Origin: Candidatus Latescibacterota bacterium
GTDB lineage: Bacteria > Latescibacterota > UBA2968 > UBA8231
Direction of reading: 5' to 3'
Length of the DNA stretch: 64,000 nt
NCBI GenBank assembly: GCA_965200315.1
Contig: OZ241362.1
Coordinates: forward strand, 2,336,001-2,400,000
Shown here: positions 1 to 8,799 of the stretch, one piece after another
How the letters are laid out: each line of letters opens with the position of its first letter
Position numbering within the stretch: the stretch's first letter is position 1
Notes under the pieces: model-generated
Database searches by the model: none
The model's input: only the letters and a program-made list of their open reading frames with translations
What the model was told of the DNA's origin: nothing
Translations under genes and position numbers: made by a program

Positions 1-2194
1 CCACCGACACCGATGAAAAGGCCATCGCAAGGCTCGCCAGCATTGGGTTGAGCAGCGGGCCGCCGAATAGGTAAAGTGCGCCCGCGGCCACCGGAATACC
101 CGCGGCGTTGTAAAAAAACGCCCAGAACAAATTCTGCTTTATGGTCCGCACAACCGCTCGGCTCAGCTCAATGGCCCGCGCCACATCCGCCAACCGGCTG
201 TGCATGAGTACCACCGGGGCCGACGCGGCCGCCACATCCGTTCCAGTGGCAAAGGCCATGCCCACATCGGCGGCGGCCAGCGCGGGCGCGTCGTTGATCC
301 CGTCGCCGACCATGGCCACGCAGCGGCCCTCGGCCTGCAACGCCTGCACGGCTGCAGCCTTATCTGCGGGTAAGACCTCGGCGAGCACGGTCTCAATCCC
401 CACTTGACGCGCCACCGCCTCAGCAGCCGGACGGCTGTCGCCCGTGAGCATCACCACCTCCAAGCCGCCTTGACGCAGCCGAGCCACGTCGTCTTTGCTC
501 TGCGGGCGAGGACGGTCGGCCAAAGACACGCGGCCGACCAATGCGCCCGCCGCCGCGACCCACGCGACGGTGGCAGCCGCCGGGCCGCTGTCCTCGTCTA
601 CGCGAACTCCCTCCGCCGCCATCATGGCGCGATTGCCCACCACCACGTCCTCGCCCTCCACTGCGGCCTGCGCCCCTTTGCCCGGACTCGCCACAACATC
701 GGTAGCCTCCGGCACGGCAAGGCCCCGCTCGGCCGCGGCCGCCACAATCGCCGCGGCCAGCGGATGCTCCGAGCCGCGCTCCACGGCCGCGGCCAAGCGC
801 AGCACTTCGTCGGCACGGCGTCCGTTTAAGGGCTCTACCGCCACGACCTGCGGCCGCCCCTCGGTGATCGTGCCGGTTTTGTCCAGCACCACGGCATCTA
901 CTTTGTGCGCTGTTTCCAGGACTTCTGGGCTTTTGAACAGGATGCCTAAATGCGCGCCGCGTCCTGTGCCGACCATGATGGCGGCTGGCGTGGCCAAGCC
1001 CAAGCTGCACGGGCAGGCGATGATCAACACGGCCACGAAGACCTGCAACGCAAAGCTCAGTCCCTCCCCGGCCCACAGCCAACCCGCCGCGGCCACCGCG
1101 CCTAGCACCAATACGGCCGGCACGAAATACCCGGCAACGACATCGGCTAGGCGGGCAATCGGCGCTTTGCCCGCCTGCGCGGCTTCGACTAAGCGCACCA
1201 TTTGCATCAGCAGCGCATCTCCGGCCACGCGCGTTGCACGCACCATGAGCGCACCCGCGCCATTGAGGCTGCCGCCGGTCACAGCATCGCCCGGTGCCTT
1301 GACCACGGGCAGCGACTCGCCGGTCAGCAGCGACTCATCCACCGTAGAACTTCCTTCGACGACTTCGCCATCGGCTGGAATGCGCTCGCCCGGGCGCACC
1401 CGCAAGCAGTCGCCCACCTCGATAGCGTCAGCCACAATTTCTCGCTCCCCATCGCCCGTCACCAGCGCGGCCTTGTCGGGTTTGAGCTTCAGCAGCACCC
1501 CTATAGCCTCCTCGGCCCGCAACCGCGAGCGCGCTTCGAGATAGCGGCCCATCAGCATGAAGGTGAGGATCGTCGCAACCGACGGGAAATAGGAATCAAA
1601 CGCCGCAGCCGCACCCACGGCGACGGCCCCTAAGCCCCAAGTGCTGTAGAGCCACGCCGCAGCCGTGCCAATGGCGATGAGCGAAAACATGTTGGGTCGG
1701 CCGCGCCACAGAGCTTGTCCGCCCTCGGCGTAGATCTGGCGGCCAATCCACATCACTGGCAGTGCAAATAGCAAGTGCAGACCGCCCACCCGCAGCGGAT
1801 GCTGGGCCAAGGACAGCACCTCGGCAATAGGTGCGGCCATCTGCTCGGCCATCTCCACCGCAAAGAGCGGCAGCCAAAACGCAACCGCCCAGCGAAAGGC
1901 ACCCGCTTGCTCAGCCAGTGCGGCCCGCTTGCGCTCCTGCCGCCTAGCCGCGCCTTCGGCTTCGGGCACTTGCACCCGTGCCCGGAACCCCGCTTCTGCC
2001 ACAGCCGCTGCAATGCTTTCCTCATCTATAGCCGCCGGATCAAAGCGCACGGCCATCTGCTCGGTCGCCAAGTTGACGTCAGCTACTTCAACGCCAGCCA
2101 AGCCGGACACCTGCTGCTCGACCTGCCGCACACAGCCAGCGCAGTGCATGCCCTCAATGGCGAAATGTTGTTTCTTGCGATCACTTTCTGTCAT
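1..2194 (-). CDS. copA: Cu(I)-translocating P1B-type ATPase, 3' end runs off the window
   Basis: Manual translation (not in the ORF track because the stop is missing): [22 protein letters not shown] (HMA CxxC), [51 protein letters not shown]. Confidence 0.95.
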   Translation of the reverse strand, partial: MTESDRKKQHFAIEGMHCAGCVRQVEQQVSGLAGVEVADVNLATEQMAVRFDPAAIDEESIAAAVAEAGFRARVQVPEAEGAARRQERKRAALAEQAGAFRWAVAFWLPLFAVEMAEQMAAPIAEVLSLAQHPLRVGGLHLLFALPVMWIGRQIYAEGGQALWRGRPNMFSLIAIGTAAAWLYSTWGLGAVAVGAAAAFDSYFPSVATILTFMLMGRYLEARSRLRAEEAIGVLLKLKPDKAALVTGDGEREIVADAIEVGDCLRVRPGERIPADGEVVEGSSTVDESLLTGESLPVVKAPGDAVTGGSLNGAGALMVRATRVAGDALLMQMVRLVEAAQAGKAPIARLADVVAGYFVPAVLVLGAVAAAGWLWAGEGLSFALQVFVAVLIIACPCSLGLATPAAIMVGTGRGAHLGILFKSPEVLETAHKVDAVVLDKTGTITEGRPQVVAVEPLNGRRADEVLRLAAAVERGSEHPLAAAIVAAAAERGLAVPEATDVVASPGKGAQAAVEGEDVVVGNRAMMAAEGVRVDEDSGPAAATVAWVAAAGALVGRVSLADRPRPQSKDDVARLRQGGLEVVMLTGDSRPAAEAVARQVGIETVLAEVLPADKAAAVQALQAEGRCVAMVGDGINDAPALAAADVGMAFATGTDVAAASAPVVLMHSRLADVARAIELSRAVVRTIKQNLFWAFFYNAAGIPVAAGALYLFGGPLLNPMLASLAMAFSSVSV

Positions 2195-2211
2195 CTGAGT
2201 TTCTCTATGAT

Positions 2212-2233
2212 CCTGAAGATCCAAGCCTTCAGG
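2212..2233. promoter_or_regulatory. Inverted repeat CCTGAAG-N8-CTTCAGG just upstream of copA; candidate metal-regulator operator
   Basis: Perfect 7-bp arms 17 bp upstream of the copA start codon; position suggests an operator (inference). Confidence 0.4.
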
Positions 2234-2505
2234 TTTTAGATAGAAGAAAGGCTTTTAAGCACAACGCAAAGCCGTGCGAATAGGAGCACAAACTATCCAT
2301 TTCACTTGATCTACATTTTTCACTGGACACAGTAATCCACTTCCTTGCTCTTTAGTGGACTGTAGTTCCAAAGAGACACAAGAAGGTAAATTAGATTTCG
2401 ATTTTTATTGGGAATTTACACAAAATAAAAACGAGAAGAGCCACAGAAGACACCGCCCATTAGGCGATAGCCCACATTGGCAGAGCAACACAATAGGCCG
2501 CTAAG

Positions 2506-5076
2506 CTAATTTTGTTCGGTATATACCTTGAGTTCCGACGTTAATTTAATCAGGCGCTCCGTATCTTTAAGGATATATTCTAGTTCTTCTGATTCATATA
2601 AGTGTAAGCGAGCGTGAGCCACTTCGTTACGTTCCGGCAAGATAAGATTCAAAAGCGGCACGATCCTTTTATGTATGCTTCTATGTTTATTTTCTACCTT
2701 ATTCATTATTTCCTTTCTACAGCATAAAAAAACATCCCGGAGTTCCGACAAGGTCGAATAATCAATAAGACTTCCTTTTCTTGTACCCGCGTCAACTCTC
2801 CTATTTTCCCATTTTGTTATCAACCCCTCTATGTTTCTCCTTTTCAGAATATCCGGAAGGCATGCGTCATTGTTTTCTAGAGACCACATCACTAATTTTC
2901 GTACCTCAACCTCACCATTTCTCAGGTTTTCAACAATCATATTTATCGTTTCATCTCTTTCCTCACCCTCTATCTCCTTCTTGGCTTTCTGATATAAATC
3001 ATTGCACGTCTGATCTTCAAATTCATCCCCTTTATGATTTTTAAATTGGTCAATTATAGACTTATACTCTCCTTTCTGATTATAACAATGAAGTAAAATA
3101 CGCAAAGCACTTTTCCGGTCTTCCTGCCTATTGGTCTGACCTGCTAAAAGAGCCAGTATTTTATTTGCTTCCTTCTTCGCAGCGTCGTAATCTTTGTTTT
3201 GAAATAGTTGATTCGTATATCTTGTACTGACTGTGTTAATCATATCATCTTTTAGTAGAGTGGCTTTTTTCTCAAAATCCTTGAATTTTTCACATCCGTT
3301 TTCACGTAATACTCGCGTAGCCTTACTCAAAGTGTTAACCAACTTCTCTTTGTTTTCCTCCACTTCAAAGAGTTTATAAATGATAAAAATGTACTCTTTA
3401 AAGTCCCCTAGCTTCGCAAATTCATATTCTATTTTTTCCCACGCGTCTAACAAAGACAAAACATCGGGCGATCTTCCATCCCTCAAGTATGAGACCATCT
3501 CTCTTTTTGCTGTCTCTCTTAACGTGTCTAATGCATTCGGACTCTTTCTTGAATTCATGAATCTCAAGATTTTTAGCTTTTGGATAAGTATTGAGACATT
3601 TTGTCTTGTCTTTGTCAACGCTAAATCTGCTGTTCGTATAGCAATGTTATAATTTTCTGTGCTATCTTCCATAGTAATCCAATCAGACCATACTCTAACA
3701 TTACTAGGAGAAAGATCAGTTGCCTTTTGGAAGCTATCCCTTGCATGGCGATACTCGTGTAAAGTCCATTGTATCTTACCGAGTTCATAATGCAACCGAT
3801 AGTCTTCTTCATAAATTTCAAGTCCATCCATTAAGGTATTTTTTGCTTTATAAGAGTCGTTTTCATCCCAATATTTTCGAGCTGTACGCAGGAATAAACC
3901 TGCTCCTGTTGCTGCTGTCTCATCTCTCGTTGTATCTACTAAATCTCTCCATTTACCAACTACGTCATCCTCATTTTTACTATATTCGTCGTAATGGTTT
4001 TTAGCAAAACTAATTGCCATTGGAGAGATTCGATAGGTATTTCCACCGCCTCCATCAAGAAGGTTGTTTTCTTTAAGATCATCAAGGATATTCTCCAGTT
4101 CCCTCTTGCTTTTAGATGTTATATTCATCAATGCGTCTAGCGAAACACTAGGATCACTTTTATGTTTATTACTCTCTAAAATCGCCACTGTTACAAATAT
4201 CTCTTGGTGCGCAGGATCCAGATCCTCATACATGTCCCTAAACAAAAATTGAATTATCTGGGACAATTTCTCCTGATTTTTCTCATCGCCCGCATCATCT
4301 TCCAGTTCTGGATAGCCATCGAGTTGTCTATGAATATCTCCTCGTGTTTTCCCACTAGCCAATTGTCCAACAATGAACTCAATACCAAGCGGAATTCTTT
4401 GAACCCTTTCTACCAGAATCATATTTCGATTCGCATCTGTTCTCAAGATATCGGCTGCATCGTGGTGTTCGGCTTTATACTTAAGCATAGATAGAGCATC
4501 TTCGATTTCAAGACCTTCTATATTGATCGGAAAGTCCCCAATCTTTCTACGCTTTCTGCTAGTAGTGAGAACTTTTAGATTCCGGTTATAGCCAGCGAAT
4601 TGGTTGATTTCATTCATGATATATAAAAAAAACTCCTCATCCTCGACATTCTCTAAGTTATCCAGCACTAAGAACACTGGCTCCTCTTGGAGAATATCTC
4701 CGCATTCTCCTTTCTTATAATCCAAGTCTCTTTCTATCAGTTCTTCAAAACCAACCACACTGAGAAGAGAGTCAAATAGCGTATTGATACCTTGAAAGTT
4801 AGGATCAATTAACGTAGCTTGGGCACTGAAGGGATCAAAAAATGTTGTCTTAGACGATATCCACACTAGATAATCGAATCTACCGCCACCAAGTATGTTT
4901 TCTTGGCAAAAATGATACGCTAACGCCGTTTTACCTATACCTCCAACCCCATCAATAGATGCGATAAAGGTTCCACCATCTAGGAGTTGTTTCTTTATTT
5001 CTTTGACCGAGTCTTTTCGACCAAAAAATTTTTTGTACGGTTGTTCGGGAAGATTGTTCGCAGCCATAGTTGACAT
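2506..5076 (-). CDS. STAND (NB-ARC-like) ATPase with wHTH, TPR array and C-terminal HEPN-like RNase; NLR-like putative defence protein
   Basis: Walker A GVGGIGKT, Walker B FLVLDNLE, sensor VLTTSR, GLPLA-like RIPLGI, TPR-like helices (LHYELGKIQWTLHEYRHARDSFQKATDLSP), C-terminal YSTLSEL...RNEVAH (Rx4H). Visibly AT-rich relative to the flanks. Confidence 0.75.
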   Translation of the reverse strand: MSTMAANNLPEQPYKKFFGRKDSVKEIKKQLLDGGTFIASIDGVGGIGKTALAYHFCQENILGGGRFDYLVWISSKTTFFDPFSAQATLIDPNFQGINTLFDSLLSVVGFEELIERDLDYKKGECGDILQEEPVFLVLDNLENVEDEEFFLYIMNEINQFAGYNRNLKVLTTSRKRRKIGDFPINIEGLEIEDALSMLKYKAEHHDAADILRTDANRNMILVERVQRIPLGIEFIVGQLASGKTRGDIHRQLDGYPELEDDAGDEKNQEKLSQIIQFLFRDMYEDLDPAHQEIFVTVAILESNKHKSDPSVSLDALMNITSKSKRELENILDDLKENNLLDGGGGNTYRISPMAISFAKNHYDEYSKNEDDVVGKWRDLVDTTRDETAATGAGLFLRTARKYWDENDSYKAKNTLMDGLEIYEEDYRLHYELGKIQWTLHEYRHARDSFQKATDLSPSNVRVWSDWITMEDSTENYNIAIRTADLALTKTRQNVSILIQKLKILRFMNSRKSPNALDTLRETAKREMVSYLRDGRSPDVLSLLDAWEKIEYEFAKLGDFKEYIFIIYKLFEVEENKEKLVNTLSKATRVLRENGCEKFKDFEKKATLLKDDMINTVSTRYTNQLFQNKDYDAAKKEANKILALLAGQTNRQEDRKSALRILLHCYNQKGEYKSIIDQFKNHKGDEFEDQTCNDLYQKAKKEIEGEERDETINMIVENLRNGEVEVRKLVMWSLENNDACLPDILKRRNIEGLITKWENRRVDAGTRKGSLIDYSTLSELRDVFLCCRKEIMNKVENKHRSIHKRIVPLLNLILPERNEVAHARLHLYESEELEYILKDTERLIKLTSELKVYTEQN

Positions 5077-5461
5077 CGTGTTGTAGCTCTATTTGAGAAA
5101 ACCTCAATTGCACACTAGCTCAGCGACGTCGAAATCGTCGCCGAACCAGAAGCGATCTGGATCTGCACATTGATCGGCGGCGAGGCTGTTCTTAATGCCG
5201 TCGTCTTCTTAAGTAATAGCCAAAACCATCGGCACCGCGATTTCAGCTATCGTCGAAAGACAATGAAAGAAACAGCCTATAGTAAGTCAAGCAGATTTTT
5301 GACGCTTGCAAAGGGGGGAAACGGCATGGTCCGCCCTTACCTTCAGCTAAGGCCACGCCGGCGAATTTCGCGCAGCGCAGCGGCAAACCCAACCCCATGA
5401 CGGTGGTTTTCAATGCCATCATGGGATTGAAAAATTGCCACGCCAAGCTATCCGATCTACT

Positions 5462-5905
5462 TCAGTCGAGCGCACCAATCAGTTTCTTGATCTGCCCCCA
5501 AGTCGTTTCCTCAACCGCCGTGTCTGGCGGTGGCAGCGGCGGGGTGCTCGTTGGATCGCCGGGGTGAAACGTTTCGCCTTCTGGATTGGCATCGCCCGCC
5601 ACCCAAGTGCCGTCGGGGTCGCCCAGCTCCAAGCCATTGGATGCTCCGTCGCCATCGGAGTCCAAAGCCGCTAGCTCTGGGCCCCAAATCACTTCACCGG
5701 ATGCACCTGCTGAGGTGAGAAAGTTGGTGTTGATCGCCAAGCCAAACGGATTGAGCGGCGAGCCACCACCAGCCGTGTGGCAGGTATTGCAGCTCAGCGC
5801 AGAGCCGTTGGGAACCTGCCGTACGCGCTTGCTGCGTGCGTTGGCCTCATCGGCAACTACGCCCCCTAAAAAGAGCACTGCTACCAACAAAATTCGCAAA
5901 GTCAT
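5462..5905 (-). CDS. Secreted temptin-like protein with CxxCH motif, DxDGDG Ca-binding loop and C-terminal TWGxIK motif
   Basis: Start MTLRILL preceded by GAGGAAAGGAG; signal peptide; SCNTCH...LNPFG; LDSDGDGASNGLELGDP; ends TAVEETTWGQIKKLIGALD. Confidence 0.75.
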   Translation of the reverse strand: MTLRILLVAVLFLGGVVADEANARSKRVRQVPNGSALSCNTCHTAGGGSPLNPFGLAINTNFLTSAGASGEVIWGPELAALDSDGDGASNGLELGDPDGTWVAGDANPEGETFHPGDPTSTPPLPPPDTAVEETTWGQIKKLIGALD

Positions 5906-5984
5906 GGAAAATCTCCTTTCCTCGATATGCGCCGCGAAATATGCCACTTTATTAGAGGCCCTAACAAAACCCGCTGGGCACTTG

Positions 5985-6009
5985 CTGGGAGCGCGGGCGT
6001 CTCGCCCGC
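5985..6009 (+). repeat. REP-like palindrome, copy 1 (CTGGGAGCGCGGGCGTCTCGCCCGC)
   Basis: Hairpin GCGGGCG-TCT-CGCCCGC; related copies at 6179 and 8458. Confidence 0.75.
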
Positions 6010-6021
6010 CTGGTGTCATTC

Positions 6022-6046
6022 ATTCCCGCGCTCCGCAAGCGGGAAT
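6022..6046. repeat. dRS3-like palindrome ATTCCCGC...GCGGGAAT
   Basis: 8-bp inverted arms with ATTCCC/GGGAAT ends, 12 bp from REP copy 1. Confidence 0.5.
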
Positions 6047-6124
6047 CCAATTTGGTTACAGTCTTTTAGAACATGTCCACGTTTAGCACTGCAAGTCAAC
6101 ACAAGCCCCTCGCCTCACACCGCC

Positions 6125-6139
6125 AAATATGGCATATTT
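6125..6139. promoter_or_regulatory. Palindromic operator candidate AAATATG-G-CATATTT
   Basis: Perfect palindrome in the divergent intergenic region; 11/15 related site at 5937-5951. Confidence 0.4.
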
Positions 6140-6178
6140 TTTGATAAGCGTTCGCAAAATTCCACCGGCTCCCATCTG

Positions 6179-6203
6179 CTGGGAACGAGGGCGTCTCGCC
6201 CTC
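6179..6203 (+). repeat. REP-like palindrome, copy 2 (CTGGGAACGAGGGCGTCTCGCCCTC)
   Basis: Same element with a compensatory pair change in the stem. Confidence 0.75.
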
Positions 6204-6237
6204 AATCTCCAAGTCCACTCCACAGGAGGCAACGCTC

Positions 6238-8058
6238 ATGTCCACCGCTCAACATCTCAGCCTAAGCGAAGTGCGGCCGCAGATTGATGTCGATCCAGCG
6301 ACCTGCGTCTATCATCGGCTCGCACCGGCCAGCGAATTTGCCGAAGGCCAAGGCCGGCCCTTTACCATTGACGGCATTCACCTCGCCGTCTTTCTCTACG
6401 AAGGGTCCTTCCACGCCGTTGACAATCGCTGCCCGCACATGGGCTACCCCATGTCCAAAGGCAGCATTCGCGACGGAGTGTTAATTTGCCACTGGCACCA
6501 CTGGGAATTCGACCTAAAGACCGGCGGCTGCCTGCTGACTTCGGGCGACGACCTGAAAGCCTTTCCCGTCGAAGTCCGCGACGACGGCTACGCATGGGTC
6601 GGCATCCCACCCGGCGAAAAGGAAGAGGCCCGCCTGCGGCTCGTAGCCCGCGGCAAGCGCGCACTCGAACAGGGGCTCAAGGATCGCAGTTCCTTCCTCA
6701 TCGCCAAAGCGGTCGCCGCGCTGCGCCAGACGGGTGCGACCCCGCAGGAAATCATTCAACAGGGGCTTTATTATGGCGCACACAAAACCAGCGAAGGCTG
6801 GTCGTCGGGCGTCGCCATCCTGACCCTCGCGGCGAACTTATGGGACGACATCGCCGAGGCCGATCAAAATCTCTTTCTCGTCCACGGTTTGACCCAGATT
6901 TCGCGGCGCACCTCGGGCTCGTCGCGCCGCCAGCGCTTCCCCTTTCCCCGCGCCAATGACGACCAAGACTTGACCACCCTCAAGCGCTGGTTTCGCACCT
7001 TTGTCGATCAGCGGCACCACGGCGCGGCCGAGCGCATCTTGCTCACCCTGCACGACCGCGACTGCGGCAAGGAAACCCTCGCGGATTTCGTCTTCACTGC
7101 AGCCACGGACTTCTACTTCACGGGCGACGGGCACACCCTCGACTTTGCCAACAAGATGTTCGAGGGGCTCGACTACGTGGAATGGGGCGGTGCCCACGAA
7201 ATCCTCCGCCCGATCGTCGTCGATCTAGTCAGCCGCACCCGCCACGAAGAGACCTCGCGCTGGGCCGACAGCCTGCCCGTCTTAGAAAGCATCTTCGCAC
7301 GCCTAGACGATATCTGGGAAGACAATCAGCGCAACGAAGCGACCCTCGACATCTCCGAATTCGCCCAAGTCATGCTCGGCGACGCCTTTGAACCCATCCT
7401 CGCCCGCGTCGAAGCGGCCCTGCGCACTGGCGTACCGCCGACTCAGCTCTGCCGCGCCATGACCTATGCCAGCGCATTGCGCACCCTGCGCTTCCACCTC
7501 AAAAACGAGGGCGACTGGCACGATGTGGCCAACATTTACTCCTACGCCCACGCGCTCTACTGCACCTTTCACTACGCCGCCAGCAAAGAGCTGTTGCGCG
7601 CCATCTTCCACGGCGCGGTCTTCCTCACCTACCTGCGCTGGCTCAATATGCCCGCCGCCCGCGTCCCCCAGCACGGGCAAAAGCTCGACGAGCACTTTGT
7701 CTCCAGCGAGGCCATGCTCAAGCACCTCGGCGAACTAGCTGATTTCCAAAAGGTCTTTGAGGCCGAAATCCTCGTCAGCCAGTATCTCGCAGAAGGGCGC
7801 GACGTCGCCAAGCTCCGCCACGCCTTGGCCCACATCATGCTCCGCGAAGATGCCGAGCTGCACATGTTCCAAGTGCTCGAAGCCGCGTTCCGGCACTACG
7901 ACTTGAGCAGCGACCCAGCGGAAAAGCGCGTCCACCTTTTGGCGGCAACCCGCTACATCACCGCGCAAAAGGTGATGAAGAACATCCTCTGGGCCACGGA
8001 AAACGCCGAGCGGCTCCAGCGCGGCGAACTGCTCAGCGAGCGCGAAGACGACGATTGA
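6238..8058 (+). CDS. Rieske [2Fe-2S] domain (NirD-like) fused to a large alpha-helical domain of unknown function
   Basis: NRCPHMG...CHWHHWEFD Rieske ligands; RBS AGGAGG; about 480-aa helical C-terminal part. Confidence 0.85.
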   Translation: MSTAQHLSLSEVRPQIDVDPATCVYHRLAPASEFAEGQGRPFTIDGIHLAVFLYEGSFHAVDNRCPHMGYPMSKGSIRDGVLICHWHHWEFDLKTGGCLLTSGDDLKAFPVEVRDDGYAWVGIPPGEKEEARLRLVARGKRALEQGLKDRSSFLIAKAVAALRQTGATPQEIIQQGLYYGAHKTSEGWSSGVAILTLAANLWDDIAEADQNLFLVHGLTQISRRTSGSSRRQRFPFPRANDDQDLTTLKRWFRTFVDQRHHGAAERILLTLHDRDCGKETLADFVFTAATDFYFTGDGHTLDFANKMFEGLDYVEWGGAHEILRPIVVDLVSRTRHEETSRWADSLPVLESIFARLDDIWEDNQRNEATLDISEFAQVMLGDAFEPILARVEAALRTGVPPTQLCRAMTYASALRTLRFHLKNEGDWHDVANIYSYAHALYCTFHYAASKELLRAIFHGAVFLTYLRWLNMPAARVPQHGQKLDEHFVSSEAMLKHLGELADFQKVFEAEILVSQYLAEGRDVAKLRHALAHIMLREDAELHMFQVLEAAFRHYDLSSDPAEKRVHLLAATRYITAQKVMKNILWATENAERLQRGELLSEREDDD

Positions 8059-8417
8059 TTTTTTCTGATATGCAACAGCCTCAACTTTTCCCGGACGCTC
8101 CACCCCTCCATTTGGACACTGTAGTAAGCCAGCAATACGCCCGAGGACGAGCATCTATTTAGAAGCAGTTTCATAACTCCGGGTTCGGTTGCTTAGTTGA
8201 ACAAAAAGCGTCGGATCAAGATCATCTTCTCTATGAAAAACGCTCCAGGCGAAGGCACTTGATGACCCTTGAGGCGGCCCGACGCTAGTTATGAAACCGC
8301 TTCTAAGGAATCGCGTCGAAAAAACAAAGGACACTCCGTCTCCAATGGCCCAGTCGGCACTAGCGATTATTGGCGAACTCGAACGTCTGCTCGACATGGC
8401 GTAGATACTAAAACGAA

Positions 8418-8450
8418 GAAGTGCCCCGACAGCTTCCGTCAGGGCACTTC
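8418..8450 (-). terminator. Probable intrinsic terminator for a minus-strand transcript
   Basis: GAAGTGCCC...GGGCACTTC stem followed on the minus strand by TTCGTTTT. Confidence 0.5.
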
Positions 8451-8457
8451 TCAATTT

Positions 8458-8482
8458 CTAGGAGCGCGGGCGTCTCGCCTGC
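8458..8482 (+). repeat. REP-like palindrome, copy 3 (CTAGGAGCGCGGGCGTCTCGCCTGC)
   Basis: 23/25 identical to copy 1. Confidence 0.7.
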
Positions 8483-8629
8483 CTCCTTTACTCCCTAAAC
8501 ACTTGCTTCAAGTGGAACAGATCAGAGAATCGGTCATCCTGTACGAAAAGCGTTTGCCGAACCTTCGCTAAGATCAGCCGAAACCGCTGCTTTTTTGCTT
8601 TGTGGGCTAGTTTGAAAACCAGGAAGGTT

Positions 8630-8644
8630 TGGCACGGTTTTTGC
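8630..8644 (+). promoter_or_regulatory. sigma54 (-24/-12) promoter motif TGGCACGGTTTTTGC
   Basis: Exact match to the TGGCACG-N4-TTGC consensus in an intergenic region. Confidence 0.55.
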
Positions 8645-8799
8645 CAAGGAATAACTAGAAAAATTGCCCACTGCTTTGACTTAATCAGTGGGCAGAAGGT
8701 TTGGATTCTAACTTCTTTGTTTTTTTGCTGGTGGCTTTGATGGCGGTTTCTTCGGCGGTGGAGCACTAGCTTTTTTTATAGCCATTAACCTCTCATTTC

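Noticed and set aside
141-2239. Multiple plus- and minus-strand ORFs in the track (for example 495..1544 +)
   Set aside because: Shadow frames of copA, which the track misses because its stop lies outside the window.
5104-5446. Short ORFs and a protein-like fragment (EDDGIKNSLAADQCADPDRFWFGDDF) upstream of the NLR gene
   Set aside because: Interrupted by stops, with no start or RBS and no recognisable family; possibly a remnant but unsupported.
8155-8766. ORFs of 92-100 aa between the Rieske and SLATT-like genes
   Set aside because: They overlap a terminator hairpin, a REP copy and a promoter motif, and have no RBS or protein-like composition.
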